Origin: Candidatus Hodarchaeota archaeon
GTDB lineage: Archaea; Asgardarchaeota; Heimdallarchaeia; Hodarchaeales; Hodarchaeaceae
Direction of reading: 5' to 3'
DNA length: 36,161 nucleotides
Assembly (NCBI GenBank): GCA_016840035.1
Contig: JAEOTC010000164.1
Coordinates: 1 to 36,161 of the forward strand
The notes beneath the pieces are model-generated. The model worked only from the letters and a program-made list of their open reading frames with translations, was not told where the DNA came from and did not search any database. Position numbers and translations under genes: made by a program. This document shows, piece by piece, positions 1 to 9,489 of the stretch; within the stretch, counting starts at the first letter, position 1; each line of letters begins with the position of its first letter.

Positions 1-2
1 TA

Positions 3-131
3 GGACTTACCATCGAAGATGCTGAATTTATTAAAGCAATTCAGTCATTGGTAAATAAGGGTCTAATAATGGAGCTGGAGACGAAACCTAAGTCTTACGT
101 TATAACCTCAGAAGGGAAGGAATTCATTTAG
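3..131 (+). CDS. 3' end of a winged-helix protein (partial, begins before the window)
   Basis: Frame 3 is open from the window edge: GLTIEDAEFIKAIQSLVNKGLIMELETKPKSYVITSEGKEFI*. This matches the wHTH recognition helix plus wing pattern (L..KGLI...Y.IT..G). Not in the ORF track. Confidence 0.7.
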   Translation, partial: GLTIEDAEFIKAIQSLVNKGLIMELETKPKSYVITSEGKEFI

Positions 132-136
132 ACTGA

Positions 137-1603
137 CTACATTGAAGTTAAGATTTTCATATTAATAATTCCCTTTGCAAAAACCTGACTATTGTACAAG
201 AATTGACTAAATCCGTAACTTTCGATTGAATATCGCAGTTCTCGGGCAGTATTCTGTAAAATCTTTTTCGGACGCATGTAAAATCGTTTATAGGCATTTT
301 TAGTTAATGTTTTCATCTCATCCCTTGTAAGTCCTGACAATTCGGTAATTGGATAGAATAAGTTATACTTAGAATAATCCTGTTCCTTGATCTTACCTTG
401 AGCAAGCATACTTTCATAGAATTCAGTTCCTGGATATGGAGTAGCTAAGGTAAATAGGGCTAATGAAGGGTCAAGACGCTTTATTATCCAATTAACCGTT
501 GATTCAATGGTTTCTTTTGTTTCACCAGGAAACCCAAACGAAACAGAGGCTAGAGAATCCATACGAGATTTTTTAATATTGTCAAAATATCTTTCTATTT
601 GGTTTAATGTCGTTTTTTTATGAATTTGGTCTAATATTACCTGATTTCCAGACTCTACTCCAACAAAAACCAGTCTACAACCAGCTCTTCGCATTAGGGT
701 GAGTAGTTCAAGATCACCCTTGTCAGCACGAGTAGTAGCTCCCCAATAAATATCTTTAATTTTGGAAAGTTCGACGGATAGTTTCTTTACTCTTCTATTT
801 GAGAGAAAAAATAAGTCATCAACGAAAGCAGTTGCTTTTATGTTCATTTGTTCTCTCAAGAATTGAGTTTCTTCTGCAATCTTTTCTGGGGATCTGGGAC
901 GCCATTTAGCACCATAAAATGCGGAAACACTACAAAAATCGCATGAATACGGACATCCTCGACTGGTAATTATTGATGTAGCTGGGAAGGATGACCCAAA
1001 TATCTTGTATCGATCCATAGGAAGCAAATGACGAGCTGGCAATGGCAAGGAGTCTAAGTCTGGAATTAATGGAGCTGGAGGATTATGTTGAGGGGAATCT
1101 TTCATGTAAGATATTCCTTGAATATTTGTCCAATCCTGTCCATTTTCATATTTTTGAACAAATTCCAAGGTTGGAAATTCCGCTTCTCCTCGAAATAAAA
1201 GATCTACGTTTCCTTTTCCGAGGAGTAGGCTTTCATCTGGCATAGCTGTGGGATGATACCCTCCTAAAGCCACGATAGGTACTTTTTCTTCCTTAGCAAT
1301 TTGTGCAGCGTGTAAGGCATTCATAAAATTTGGTGTGAGTGTTTGAATTCCAACGAAATCAGGACCATAACGTTTCAGATACCTCCGATAATCATTTGGA
1401 GATAAATCATAGGCTTGGGAATCAAGGATCTTAATTTTGGAAAACCCATGATCCTCCAATACTGCTGCAATGTATCCTAATCCAAGAGGTGGAGCAGTAA
1501 AGTTGAGGAAAGCAAGTTGATATTTTGAAATCGATTTTTCCTGAATCGATGGAGGAACTAGAAGAAGAATTTTCACTCTAACATCAGGAAGAGTCTTTAT
1601 CAT
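137..1603 (-). CDS. Cobalamin-binding radical SAM protein (class B / BchE-like architecture)
   Basis: N-terminal B12-binding domain (PPLGLGYIAAVL, GGYHPT, RGEAE). Radical SAM triad SRGCPYSCDFC, then FVDDLF, GVESG, GFPGET and TPYPGT. Confidence 0.9.
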   Translation of the reverse strand: MIKTLPDVRVKILLLVPPSIQEKSISKYQLAFLNFTAPPLGLGYIAAVLEDHGFSKIKILDSQAYDLSPNDYRRYLKRYGPDFVGIQTLTPNFMNALHAAQIAKEEKVPIVALGGYHPTAMPDESLLLGKGNVDLLFRGEAEFPTLEFVQKYENGQDWTNIQGISYMKDSPQHNPPAPLIPDLDSLPLPARHLLPMDRYKIFGSSFPATSIITSRGCPYSCDFCSVSAFYGAKWRPRSPEKIAEETQFLREQMNIKATAFVDDLFFLSNRRVKKLSVELSKIKDIYWGATTRADKGDLELLTLMRRAGCRLVFVGVESGNQVILDQIHKKTTLNQIERYFDNIKKSRMDSLASVSFGFPGETKETIESTVNWIIKRLDPSLALFTLATPYPGTEFYESMLAQGKIKEQDYSKYNLFYPITELSGLTRDEMKTLTKNAYKRFYMRPKKILQNTARELRYSIESYGFSQFLYNSQVFAKGIINMKILTSM

Positions 1604-1848
1604 GGGAGAAATATAATAATATGTTTACATCGTTTACAAGTTGAATCCTAATTACAAAATTATGACGGAGTAGTTAATTATTGTTTACTTCATATATTAT
1701 TTCCCGTAACATATTAATAAATAGGGTGTTTGAAGGGAAATCGCCGATCTAGAAAATGATTATCACCTAGGTACCCAGATTTTTTAGAAAAGCACGAAAA
1801 TATTTCTTTATTCAGTATTAGAGAATTATTCAAGATTCTAAATCAACA

Positions 1849-2232
1849 GTGAAGTGGAATAAAATGTTTGAAGAACCAATGACTCATTTGGGACTATTTT
1901 TGATTGCAGGACTAGCAAGTCCTATTGCCATTAAAGTAATTCAGTATCTTTTAGCTCCAAGCATTCCACGATTAAAGCAAGCATCAACTACATATGAGTG
2001 CGGAGAAAAGCCAATTGGTTCGGCACAAATTAGATTCAATGTTCAATTCTTTACGTTTGCTGTTGTGTTTGTGGTCTTTGATATTCTCACAGTTCTTTTC
2101 TTTCTCTGGGCCTACTCATTCCGATTAGTAACGGATTTAACTCCTCTTCTTCTAGTCATGGGAATATTCTCAGCGTTAATACTGTTTGGTGTGTTTTTCT
2201 GGATAAAAAAAGGAACCTTGTCGTGGGTGTAA
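1849..2232 (+). CDS. nuoA: Complex I-like oxidoreductase subunit A
   Basis: YECGE loop, FVVFDI, three TM helices, C-terminal KKGTLSW. The start may be the ATG at 1864. Confidence 0.93.
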   Translation: MKWNKMFEEPMTHLGLFLIAGLASPIAIKVIQYLLAPSIPRLKQASTTYECGEKPIGSAQIRFNVQFFTFAVVFVVFDILTVLFFLWAYSFRLVTDLTPLLLVMGIFSALILFGVFFWIKKGTLSWV

Positions 2233-2235
2233 ACG

Positions 2236-2862
2236 ATGGCTGATTATGATGAATTAAAGGCTCTTGGTGAGCTTGAAATCTACGAACCAATGCCTAATGT
2301 TGTTTTGACTAAATCACGTGGTTTTGTCACAGTGGTTGCAAACTGGCTTAGAAATTGGTCTCAAAGATGTAGTCTTTACCCTGTTTATTTAGGTATGAAA
2401 TGCTGTGCAATCGAAATGGGAGCGACCGCTGCTGGAAGGTATGATACGCAGCGAATTGGGGTATTATTCAGAGCAAGTCCACGACATTGTGATGTACTAT
2501 GGATCAATGGTCCTGTTAGTGTTAAATTTGCTTCACGATTGCGAGATGTTTATGATCAAATGCCAAGTCCAAAGTGGGTACTCGCGACAGGGGAGTGTGC
2601 AATTAGTGGTGGTCCATTTTGGCAAGCACCAACCATTCTAGAAGGTGTTGATCAAGTAATACCCGTTGATGTATATGTTCCTGGATGTCCTCCTCGTCCC
2701 GAGGCGATGTGGGCGGGAATTCATCGTTTACAAGAAAAAATTAAAGCAGATGGTATATTTGTGCCAGAACCTCTGCTTGAAGAAGCCCCGGAATTTTATG
2801 AGCGTGATCCTGCTCCCGTTGACCATCGAATACGTGTAACTAAACCACAAAAGGAAGTGTAA
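2236..2862 (+). CDS. nuoB: Complex I-like subunit B (N2 cluster)
   Basis: [22 protein letters not shown] and VPGCPPRPE motifs. Confidence 0.95.
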   Translation: MADYDELKALGELEIYEPMPNVVLTKSRGFVTVVANWLRNWSQRCSLYPVYLGMKCCAIEMGATAAGRYDTQRIGVLFRASPRHCDVLWINGPVSVKFASRLRDVYDQMPSPKWVLATGECAISGGPFWQAPTILEGVDQVIPVDVYVPGCPPRPEAMWAGIHRLQEKIKADGIFVPEPLLEEAPEFYERDPAPVDHRIRVTKPQKEV

Positions 2863-2864
2863 TT

Positions 2865-3377
2865 TTGGCAGATTCACAAGCTCATCTAATAGCTCTAAAA
2901 GATAAGCACATCAACTTACTTCTTCACTCCGAGATGCTTGAAGAAACCAGAATAAAGATTCAGGTATCTGCAGAGAAGTTACCAGAAATAATGAAGTTTA
3001 TAGCAAATGAGCTTAAATTCCCCTCCTTAGAATCAATTACAGGAGTTGATTGGGAAACTCATTTTGAGGTTGTATATCATATTGATAGATGGGATGGAGA
3101 TCCAACTGTTATTCAAGTTCACGTAAAATTAGAAAACAGAGATAAACCAGAAATTCCTTCAATTACATCAATCTGGGCCTCTGCTAATTGGCATGAACGT
3201 GAACTTTTTGATTTATACGGGATTTATGTCTCAGATCATCCAAATCTGAAACGAATCCTCCTTCCTGAAGATTGGGATGAGTATGAACACAAGGATCCCT
3301 CTGTGCTATATCCAATGCGGAGAAGTTACAAATTACCAGAAAAACCTTTTTCATATAAACCGCAACCTAAGAAGTAA
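2865..3377 (+). CDS. nuoC: Complex I-like subunit C
   Basis: [39 protein letters not shown] and YPMRR motifs. TTG start. Confidence 0.95.
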   Translation: MADSQAHLIALKDKHINLLLHSEMLEETRIKIQVSAEKLPEIMKFIANELKFPSLESITGVDWETHFEVVYHIDRWDGDPTVIQVHVKLENRDKPEIPSITSIWASANWHERELFDLYGIYVSDHPNLKRILLPEDWDEYEHKDPSVLYPMRRSYKLPEKPFSYKPQPKK

Positions 3378-3394
3378 AATAGAGGTTATACATA

Positions 3395-4483
3395 ATGAGT
3401 GAACAAATGATTATCCATATGGGTCCTCAACACCCGGTGAATCATGGATTATGGACTTTAAAAGTCCGAACTGAAGGAGAAAAGGTCATTGATGCGGAGA
3501 TTCTAATTGGATATATCTTTCGAATGATTGAAAAAATGGCTGAATCTCGTCCTTTTAATACTTTCCAACCTCTAGCTGATCGGTTGTGCTATGTAAGTGC
3601 AATGTCTTGGGAAGCGAGTTATGTTCTCGCATTAGAGAAACTTATGGGAATTGAGGTTAGTAAGAGAGCTCAATATTTGCGAGTTATAATGTTAGAATTG
3701 CAGCGAATTGCATCTCATTTAACATGGCTCTCCGCTTTTACTGCGGATGTTGGTATAGTTACAATGCAAGCATTGACATTTCGGGAGAGAGAATACATAT
3801 TAGATCTGCTAGAGCACGTAGCAGGTTCACGAATGATGTATAATTATTTCAGGGTTGGTGGGTTAAAGCATGATATTCCAAAGGGGTTTGAGGAGGATGC
3901 GCGAAACCTAACTCATTTCTTGGATAAGCGTATAGGCGAATATGAGGATATGACTGAGGATTCAAAAGTTTTCAGGTTGAGAACTAAAAATGTCGGAATT
4001 TTGGATAAGGAAACCGCTTTAAATATGGGTGCTACTGGACCAGTGTTGAGAGCATCTGGAGTTAGGGGAGACATAAGAAAGATTGAACCATATTTAGTAT
4101 ATGACGAACTAGATTTCGAGGTTCCAATTGGTACAAACGGAGATTGTTATTCTCGTTTTCGAGTTAGAATGGATGAAATGTTACAATCCACAAAGATCAT
4201 TCGCCAAGCTTTAGACAATCTTCCAGGTGAAGGAGAAATATCGCAAAAAGCCCCAAGAAAACTTCCAAAAGGTGAAGTGTACTTCAGAACCGCTGACCCA
4301 CGTGGAGAAGCTGGTTTCTACATCATCGGAAACGATGATAAAATCCCTTATCGTGTAAAAATTAAATCTCCTGCTTATAGCAATTTAGCTTTGTCTTCTC
4401 ATTTACTTAGGGGAGTTAAAGTCGCAGATATCGCTCCCATAGTGGCTAGTATCGATTTATGCATGGGGGAAATAGACAGATAG
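3395..4483 (+). CDS. nuoD: Complex I-like subunit D (FpoD/NuoD type, not a NiFe hydrogenase large subunit)
   Basis: GPQHPVNHG, DRLCY, ELQRIASHL, TGPVLRASG, GDCYSR and C-terminal SIDLCMGEIDR. No CxxC pairs. Confidence 0.95.
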   Translation: MSEQMIIHMGPQHPVNHGLWTLKVRTEGEKVIDAEILIGYIFRMIEKMAESRPFNTFQPLADRLCYVSAMSWEASYVLALEKLMGIEVSKRAQYLRVIMLELQRIASHLTWLSAFTADVGIVTMQALTFREREYILDLLEHVAGSRMMYNYFRVGGLKHDIPKGFEEDARNLTHFLDKRIGEYEDMTEDSKVFRLRTKNVGILDKETALNMGATGPVLRASGVRGDIRKIEPYLVYDELDFEVPIGTNGDCYSRFRVRMDEMLQSTKIIRQALDNLPGEGEISQKAPRKLPKGEVYFRTADPRGEAGFYIIGNDDKIPYRVKIKSPAYSNLALSSHLLRGVKVADIAPIVASIDLCMGEIDR

Positions 4484-5629
4484 GTGAGATTCATGGGTTA
4501 TGGATTATACGATGGATTGGTTGACATGCTACTTGACTTCTTAGGATTATCTGATTCAATTCAAAGTTCACTTCGTTCTACATTAATTGATTCCCTAGAA
4601 ATGACCACAATTCTTCTTTTTCTTATAGTCAATACTATCATGTTGATCTGGCTTGAAAGAAAAGCTTGGCCTAGGATGATGAATATGAGGGGAATTACAT
4701 TCGTTGATTTTAACTATGGTCACTTCTTTGGTCGAACATGGAAGTTTGGCTTCTTACAGAACATTGCTGAATTTTTGAAATTCTTTTCCAAAGAAGATAT
4801 CGTACCTGAAAAAGCTGACAAATTCCCATTTAATATTGGGTTTTTCGCATTTGTTGTTGCTCCCCCCTTCATGCTCGGGGCATTACTTCCGTTAGGTGGA
4901 GATGCAGTCATTGCTGATCCTGCAATAGGATTTCTCCTTATATTTGCAATTTTTTCATTATATCCTATTGGTGTTCTAGTAACAGGATGGTCTTCAAATA
5001 ATAAATACTCGTTGTTAGGAGCATTTAGATCAGCTGCGCAAATGATTTCCTACGAGATTCCTCTTCTACTCTCTATAGGAGCAGTTGTTATTGTTACGAA
5101 TTCCTTTTCTCTGATTTCAATTGCTGAACAACAAACATTAACTCCATTTGGACTTCCCTTCGCGGTTTTGATGCCTATCGGATTTATAGTTTTCCTAACT
5201 GCGTTAGCAGCCGAAACTGAACGAGTTCCCTTCGATATTCCAGAAGCTGAGGCTGAACTCGTAATGGGATGGCGTACCGAGCTTACAGGATTTCGCTACA
5301 TGATGTCAATGGCAACAGAATATTTTATACTTCTTATAGGAGCCTTTGTTGGAGTTTCATTGTTCTGGGGAGGTTCTTATCTGCCTTTCGTACCTGCAGA
5401 ATTCATGAATGAACTTTTTGAGTTCTGGCCTTTGATTGCAACCTTTATCTTCACTGCAAAGCTGTGGGTCTTCGTATTTCTGTTTATATGGATCAGAAGT
5501 GCGCTTCCAAGGGTTCGAATCGATCAACTCCTTGATATAGGATGGAAAAGGTTGATTCCATTAGCGATAATCAATATTGTTTTTGTAATTGTGGTATATT
5601 TACTCAATCCCTCAATTTATGGAGTATAA
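4484..5629 (+). CDS. nuoH: Complex I-like subunit H
   Basis: WLERK, SNNKYSLLGAFRSAAQMISYE, RVPFDIPEAEAELV and PRVRIDQL motifs. Confidence 0.95.
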   Translation: MRFMGYGLYDGLVDMLLDFLGLSDSIQSSLRSTLIDSLEMTTILLFLIVNTIMLIWLERKAWPRMMNMRGITFVDFNYGHFFGRTWKFGFLQNIAEFLKFFSKEDIVPEKADKFPFNIGFFAFVVAPPFMLGALLPLGGDAVIADPAIGFLLIFAIFSLYPIGVLVTGWSSNNKYSLLGAFRSAAQMISYEIPLLLSIGAVVIVTNSFSLISIAEQQTLTPFGLPFAVLMPIGFIVFLTALAAETERVPFDIPEAEAELVMGWRTELTGFRYMMSMATEYFILLIGAFVGVSLFWGGSYLPFVPAEFMNELFEFWPLIATFIFTAKLWVFVFLFIWIRSALPRVRIDQLLDIGWKRLIPLAIINIVFVIVVYLLNPSIYGV

Positions 5630-5641
5630 ATGGTGATTTGA

Positions 5642-6277
5642 ATGCGTTTAATTCCAAGTTTTTTGATAACTCGTCCAATGGCATACGTTGGAAAAATCCT
5701 CTTCAAGAAACCTTTTACTATGCCTGATGGGGATAGAAGGAATGAAGATACAATTTATTTTCCGGAAGCATTAGCAGAGAAAGGAAAAACAATTCTCGAC
5801 CGTGATTTAAGCTTATCTGATGTATTCAATCATACTCCTCATTTAACTCCCAATGCACGCGGCTTAATCGGTATGAACATTTACAACTGTACTGGCTGTA
5901 AACTCTGTGCCCGTAATTGTCCAAATAAATGCATTGAAATGGTCACAGCTGATCCTCAACCTCCTCATTGGAAGAAAGATAGGCCCTTAGAGCATCCTCA
6001 AATCTTTGCAGGACGGTGTATGTATTGTGGAATTTGTGTGGAGTCATGTAGATTTGATTCACTGTATCATACCCCAGGATTTGATGCAGCAACCAAAGAT
6101 AAGTCAGAACTCTATCATAACTACCAAAAATTATTTGAAATATACCAACTCTATTATCCAGAGGAATATGAAAAGCAAAAGAAAGAATACGAAGAAGAAC
6201 ATGGTGATTTTTACACAAAATTCGATATATTTGCGAATAAAATCAAAAAATCAAATGAGAGAAAGGAGAATGAATGA
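5642..6277 (+). CDS. nuoI: Complex I-like subunit I (2x[4Fe-4S])
   Basis: CTGCKLCARNCP and RCMYCGICVESC ferredoxin motifs; lies between H and J. Confidence 0.93.
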   Translation: MRLIPSFLITRPMAYVGKILFKKPFTMPDGDRRNEDTIYFPEALAEKGKTILDRDLSLSDVFNHTPHLTPNARGLIGMNIYNCTGCKLCARNCPNKCIEMVTADPQPPHWKKDRPLEHPQIFAGRCMYCGICVESCRFDSLYHTPGFDAATKDKSELYHNYQKLFEIYQLYYPEEYEKQKKEYEEEHGDFYTKFDIFANKIKKSNERKENE

Positions 6278-6864
6278 TGGCATACCTAATTCCTTCTGAA
6301 TTATTCGAATTCCTAAATATCATTATCTTGATCATATTAGTCGTTTATATTTTGGGATCGGCTTTCTTAGCCACTCATGTTAAGAGTGTATATCATGCAG
6401 TTCTCTGGCTAGTCTTTTGCTTTTTAGGTATTGCATTGATGTTCCTTCTATACGCTGAATCCTCAATATTATTTGTGATACAAATCATTGTTTATGCAGG
6501 AGGTATTACGGTATTAATGCTCTTTGCAATTACTCTTTCAGGGCGAGAAGCAATGTATGAATCTTCAGGGAGAGAGAAACTCATGGATTGGCGTTTAAGC
6601 GCTGCAGGGGCATTTCTGCTGTTTTTAATCTCATTCTATACAATATCTCAGGTTGGTAAAGCTTTCTGGTTACTCCCAGATTTAACCACTAGAGCACCAT
6701 TTTATGATGCTCAAGGTTTCCGTATTGAAACTGAAGTAATTGGCTTTTTAGCTGAATCAATATTCACAACACATGGTATAACAATTATTGTTTTAGGATT
6801 ATTGATCTTGGGAGCGATGCTTGGAAGCGTATATCTTGTTAAAAAGGAGGTTGAGGATGTATGA
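6274..6864 (+). CDS. nuoJ: Complex I-like subunit J
   Basis: QIIVYAGGITVLMLF motif; five TM helices. Confidence 0.92.
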   Translation: MMAYLIPSELFEFLNIIILIILVVYILGSAFLATHVKSVYHAVLWLVFCFLGIALMFLLYAESSILFVIQIIVYAGGITVLMLFAITLSGREAMYESSGREKLMDWRLSAAGAFLLFLISFYTISQVGKAFWLLPDLTTRAPFYDAQGFRIETEVIGFLAESIFTTHGITIIVLGLLILGAMLGSVYLVKKEVEDV

Positions 6865-7172
6865 GTTTTGATTCCTCCATTTTTATTGGCATTGCTTTGA
6901 TGTTATTCTTGATTGGCTTTGCAGGATTTATTAGATCAAAATCAGCAGTACGAATGCTAATCGCAATTGAACTAATGTTAAACTCTGCAAATATTAATTT
7001 TGCGATCTTTGCACTCTATAATGATATCGGCCTTGTAACGGGACAAGTAGCAGTCATCATTAGTATAGCATTAGCTGCAGCGGAAGCTGCGGTGGGACTG
7101 GGAATAATCCTATCAATTTATAGAAAACATGGTACCGTGGAGGCAACTAGCTTTCAATCAATGAAAGGTTAA
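6861..7172 (+). CDS. nuoK: Complex I-like subunit K
   Basis: IELMLNSANIN and AAAEAAVGLGI motifs. Confidence 0.95.
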   Translation: MSFDSSIFIGIALMLFLIGFAGFIRSKSAVRMLIAIELMLNSANINFAIFALYNDIGLVTGQVAVIISIALAAAEAAVGLGIILSIYRKHGTVEATSFQSMKG

Positions 7173-7183
7173 GGTGAAAAATT

Positions 7184-9478
7184 ATGGCTGATGAAGTAAC
7201 GCATTTAATCTTTGGTAATCTAGCAATTCTAATTCCAGTTATTCCGATAATCGCATCTTTTATCGTCCTTTTCCTTGGTAAATATTATGATAAGAAATCA
7301 CACGGAAATTTATTTGCTCTCGTTGCCACTGGTGGAAGTTTAATCCTTACAATACTTGTTTCAGGTGAAATCATTCTCCGACTACTTTTCGAACATGCTC
7401 ATATTGAAGAGAAAATTGCATTTACTTGGTTCCATGTTGGGAATGTCCATATTGAATTTGGGGTTTTACTTGATCCTCTATCCGCTGTTGTGAGCTTACT
7501 TGTGGCTCTTATTGCTTTTCTTGTAGTTGTTTACAGTAGAAGCTATATGTCCCACGAAGGGTCTCCTCGCTATTATGCTGAAATAAGCATGTTCGCTGCT
7601 GCAATGTTAATGCTTTGTTTCTCACCAAATTTCGTCCAACTCTTTATTGGTTGGGAAATCATGGGTGTTTGCAGCTATTTACTGATTGGTTATTTCTACG
7701 ATAAAGAAACTGTACCAGAAGGACAACCACATCCAGCCTCAGCATCTAAGAAAGCATTCTTAACAACCAAGGTAGGAGATATCTTTTTATTTGCTGGAAT
7801 TATACTTGTTTACCTTACTACGGTTGCTGCTTCTGAAAGATTCCCTGGTTCGGTATATAAGCCCTCATTCGATTTTATTGAAATTAGACACATGATAGAA
7901 GCAGGAGTTATTCCAGGAATTTTCGACCCTGGGTTATTTGTTTTTATTGCATTATTGATCTTTGGTGGGGCTGTTGGCAAATCTGCCCAATTTCCACTAC
8001 ACGTGTGGTTACCAGATGCCATGGCTGGACCTACAACTGTCAGTTGCCTTATTCATAGTGCTACAATGGTGAAAGCAGGAATCTTCCTGGTTGCGAGAAG
8101 CTATTTCGTATTTGAGTTTGCTGATTCGGATGCTATGTTGATTGTAGCTCTCATAGGGGGTATTACCGCAATTATGTCAGGAACAATTGCGCTAGTTCAA
8201 ACGGACATCAAGGGAATACTGGCTTTTTCTACTATTAGTCAGTTAGGGTATATGACTATTGGTTTAGGGGTTGGTGGTATGGGTGTAGCCATTTTTCATG
8301 TCATAAACCACGGTCTTTTCAAAGCTTTGCTCTTCTTATCCGCAGGATCTGTAATTCATGGAGCTGGAACCCAAGATATTCGTGAGATGGGAGGATTACG
8401 AGATAAAATGCCTCAGACTTCAATAGTAATGCTAATCGGATCACTCTCTCTTGCTGGGATTGGGAATGGTTTCTTTAGTAAAGACGCAATTATTCTTCAT
8501 GCACTTGATCATGCGTCACATGAACCACTCATATACCTTGTATGGTTATCATCAGTCATAACAGCATTTCTTACAGCATTCTATATCTTCAGATTATGGT
8601 TTTTAGTATTCCCTGGAGAATCCAGAAAACCAGAACATCATGCTCACGAATCCGACAGCTGGATGACAAGGCCATTATGGACACTTGCTATTGTATCGTT
8701 AGTGTTGACAGGTATCTACCTATTAGGTAATATACCAGTTTTAAACATAAAATTGATTCCAGAATTGAATATTGAACATCATATAACAGAATGGTTGATG
8801 GGAGCTGCCCCACATATTGATAATGGATTGGTGTTTATAACACAACTATCATCAATTATCATTGCGCTTCTTGGGATCGGGCTTGCATATCTCGTATATT
8901 ATCCACGTAAAGGAGCAACAGTCAGTTTTCCAGAAGATGGTACATTTAAATTTGAAATCTCTGAAAAAGATTCAATTATAAGTGTTCAACAGACTTCTCG
9001 CTCCCTTATCCGAGGAATAAAATTAACTTTCTTTGGAAGAGGTATCCAGCGTATCTTAGAAAAAGGCTATTATATTGACGATCTTTATCTTGGTTTAGTT
9101 CATATCATTTATGAATACTACTGCGAAGCTATGAACTGGATCGAAAAGAATGTCTTCGATAATGCTGTGAAATTTGCGGGAAGGATCGGTTACGAGCTTT
9201 GTGGCATTTCTAAATGGTGGGATGATACAGTAATTGATGGGGTAGTACGATTGACTGCAAGAACCTCAGTAGCACTTTGTGGTCTTGCAAAAGCAACAGA
9301 TGAGCGCGTTATTGATAATGGAATCATTCGTGGTTCGGCTAAAGGAGTTATGAAAACTGGTGGATACCTTAGACGTATTCAAACAGGGATAGTAGAAAAT
9401 TACGCACTTTACACATTAATGGGTGCACTTACAATTATTATCATCGGTTTACTAATTGCAGGGGTATTTCCCCTCTGA
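7184..9478 (+). CDS. nuoL: Complex I-like antiporter subunit L
   Basis: FIGWEIMGVCSYLLIG, KSAQFPLHVWLPDAMAGPT, HSATMV and HGLFKALLFL motifs. C-terminal amphipathic helix with RIQTG. Confidence 0.96.
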   Translation: MADEVTHLIFGNLAILIPVIPIIASFIVLFLGKYYDKKSHGNLFALVATGGSLILTILVSGEIILRLLFEHAHIEEKIAFTWFHVGNVHIEFGVLLDPLSAVVSLLVALIAFLVVVYSRSYMSHEGSPRYYAEISMFAAAMLMLCFSPNFVQLFIGWEIMGVCSYLLIGYFYDKETVPEGQPHPASASKKAFLTTKVGDIFLFAGIILVYLTTVAASERFPGSVYKPSFDFIEIRHMIEAGVIPGIFDPGLFVFIALLIFGGAVGKSAQFPLHVWLPDAMAGPTTVSCLIHSATMVKAGIFLVARSYFVFEFADSDAMLIVALIGGITAIMSGTIALVQTDIKGILAFSTISQLGYMTIGLGVGGMGVAIFHVINHGLFKALLFLSAGSVIHGAGTQDIREMGGLRDKMPQTSIVMLIGSLSLAGIGNGFFSKDAIILHALDHASHEPLIYLVWLSSVITAFLTAFYIFRLWFLVFPGESRKPEHHAHESDSWMTRPLWTLAIVSLVLTGIYLLGNIPVLNIKLIPELNIEHHITEWLMGAAPHIDNGLVFITQLSSIIIALLGIGLAYLVYYPRKGATVSFPEDGTFKFEISEKDSIISVQQTSRSLIRGIKLTFFGRGIQRILEKGYYIDDLYLGLVHIIYEYYCEAMNWIEKNVFDNAVKFAGRIGYELCGISKWWDDTVIDGVVRLTARTSVALCGLAKATDERVIDNGIIRGSAKGVMKTGGYLRRIQTGIVENYALYTLMGALTIIIIGLLIAGVFPL

Positions 9479-9489
9479 AAAAATGAAGG

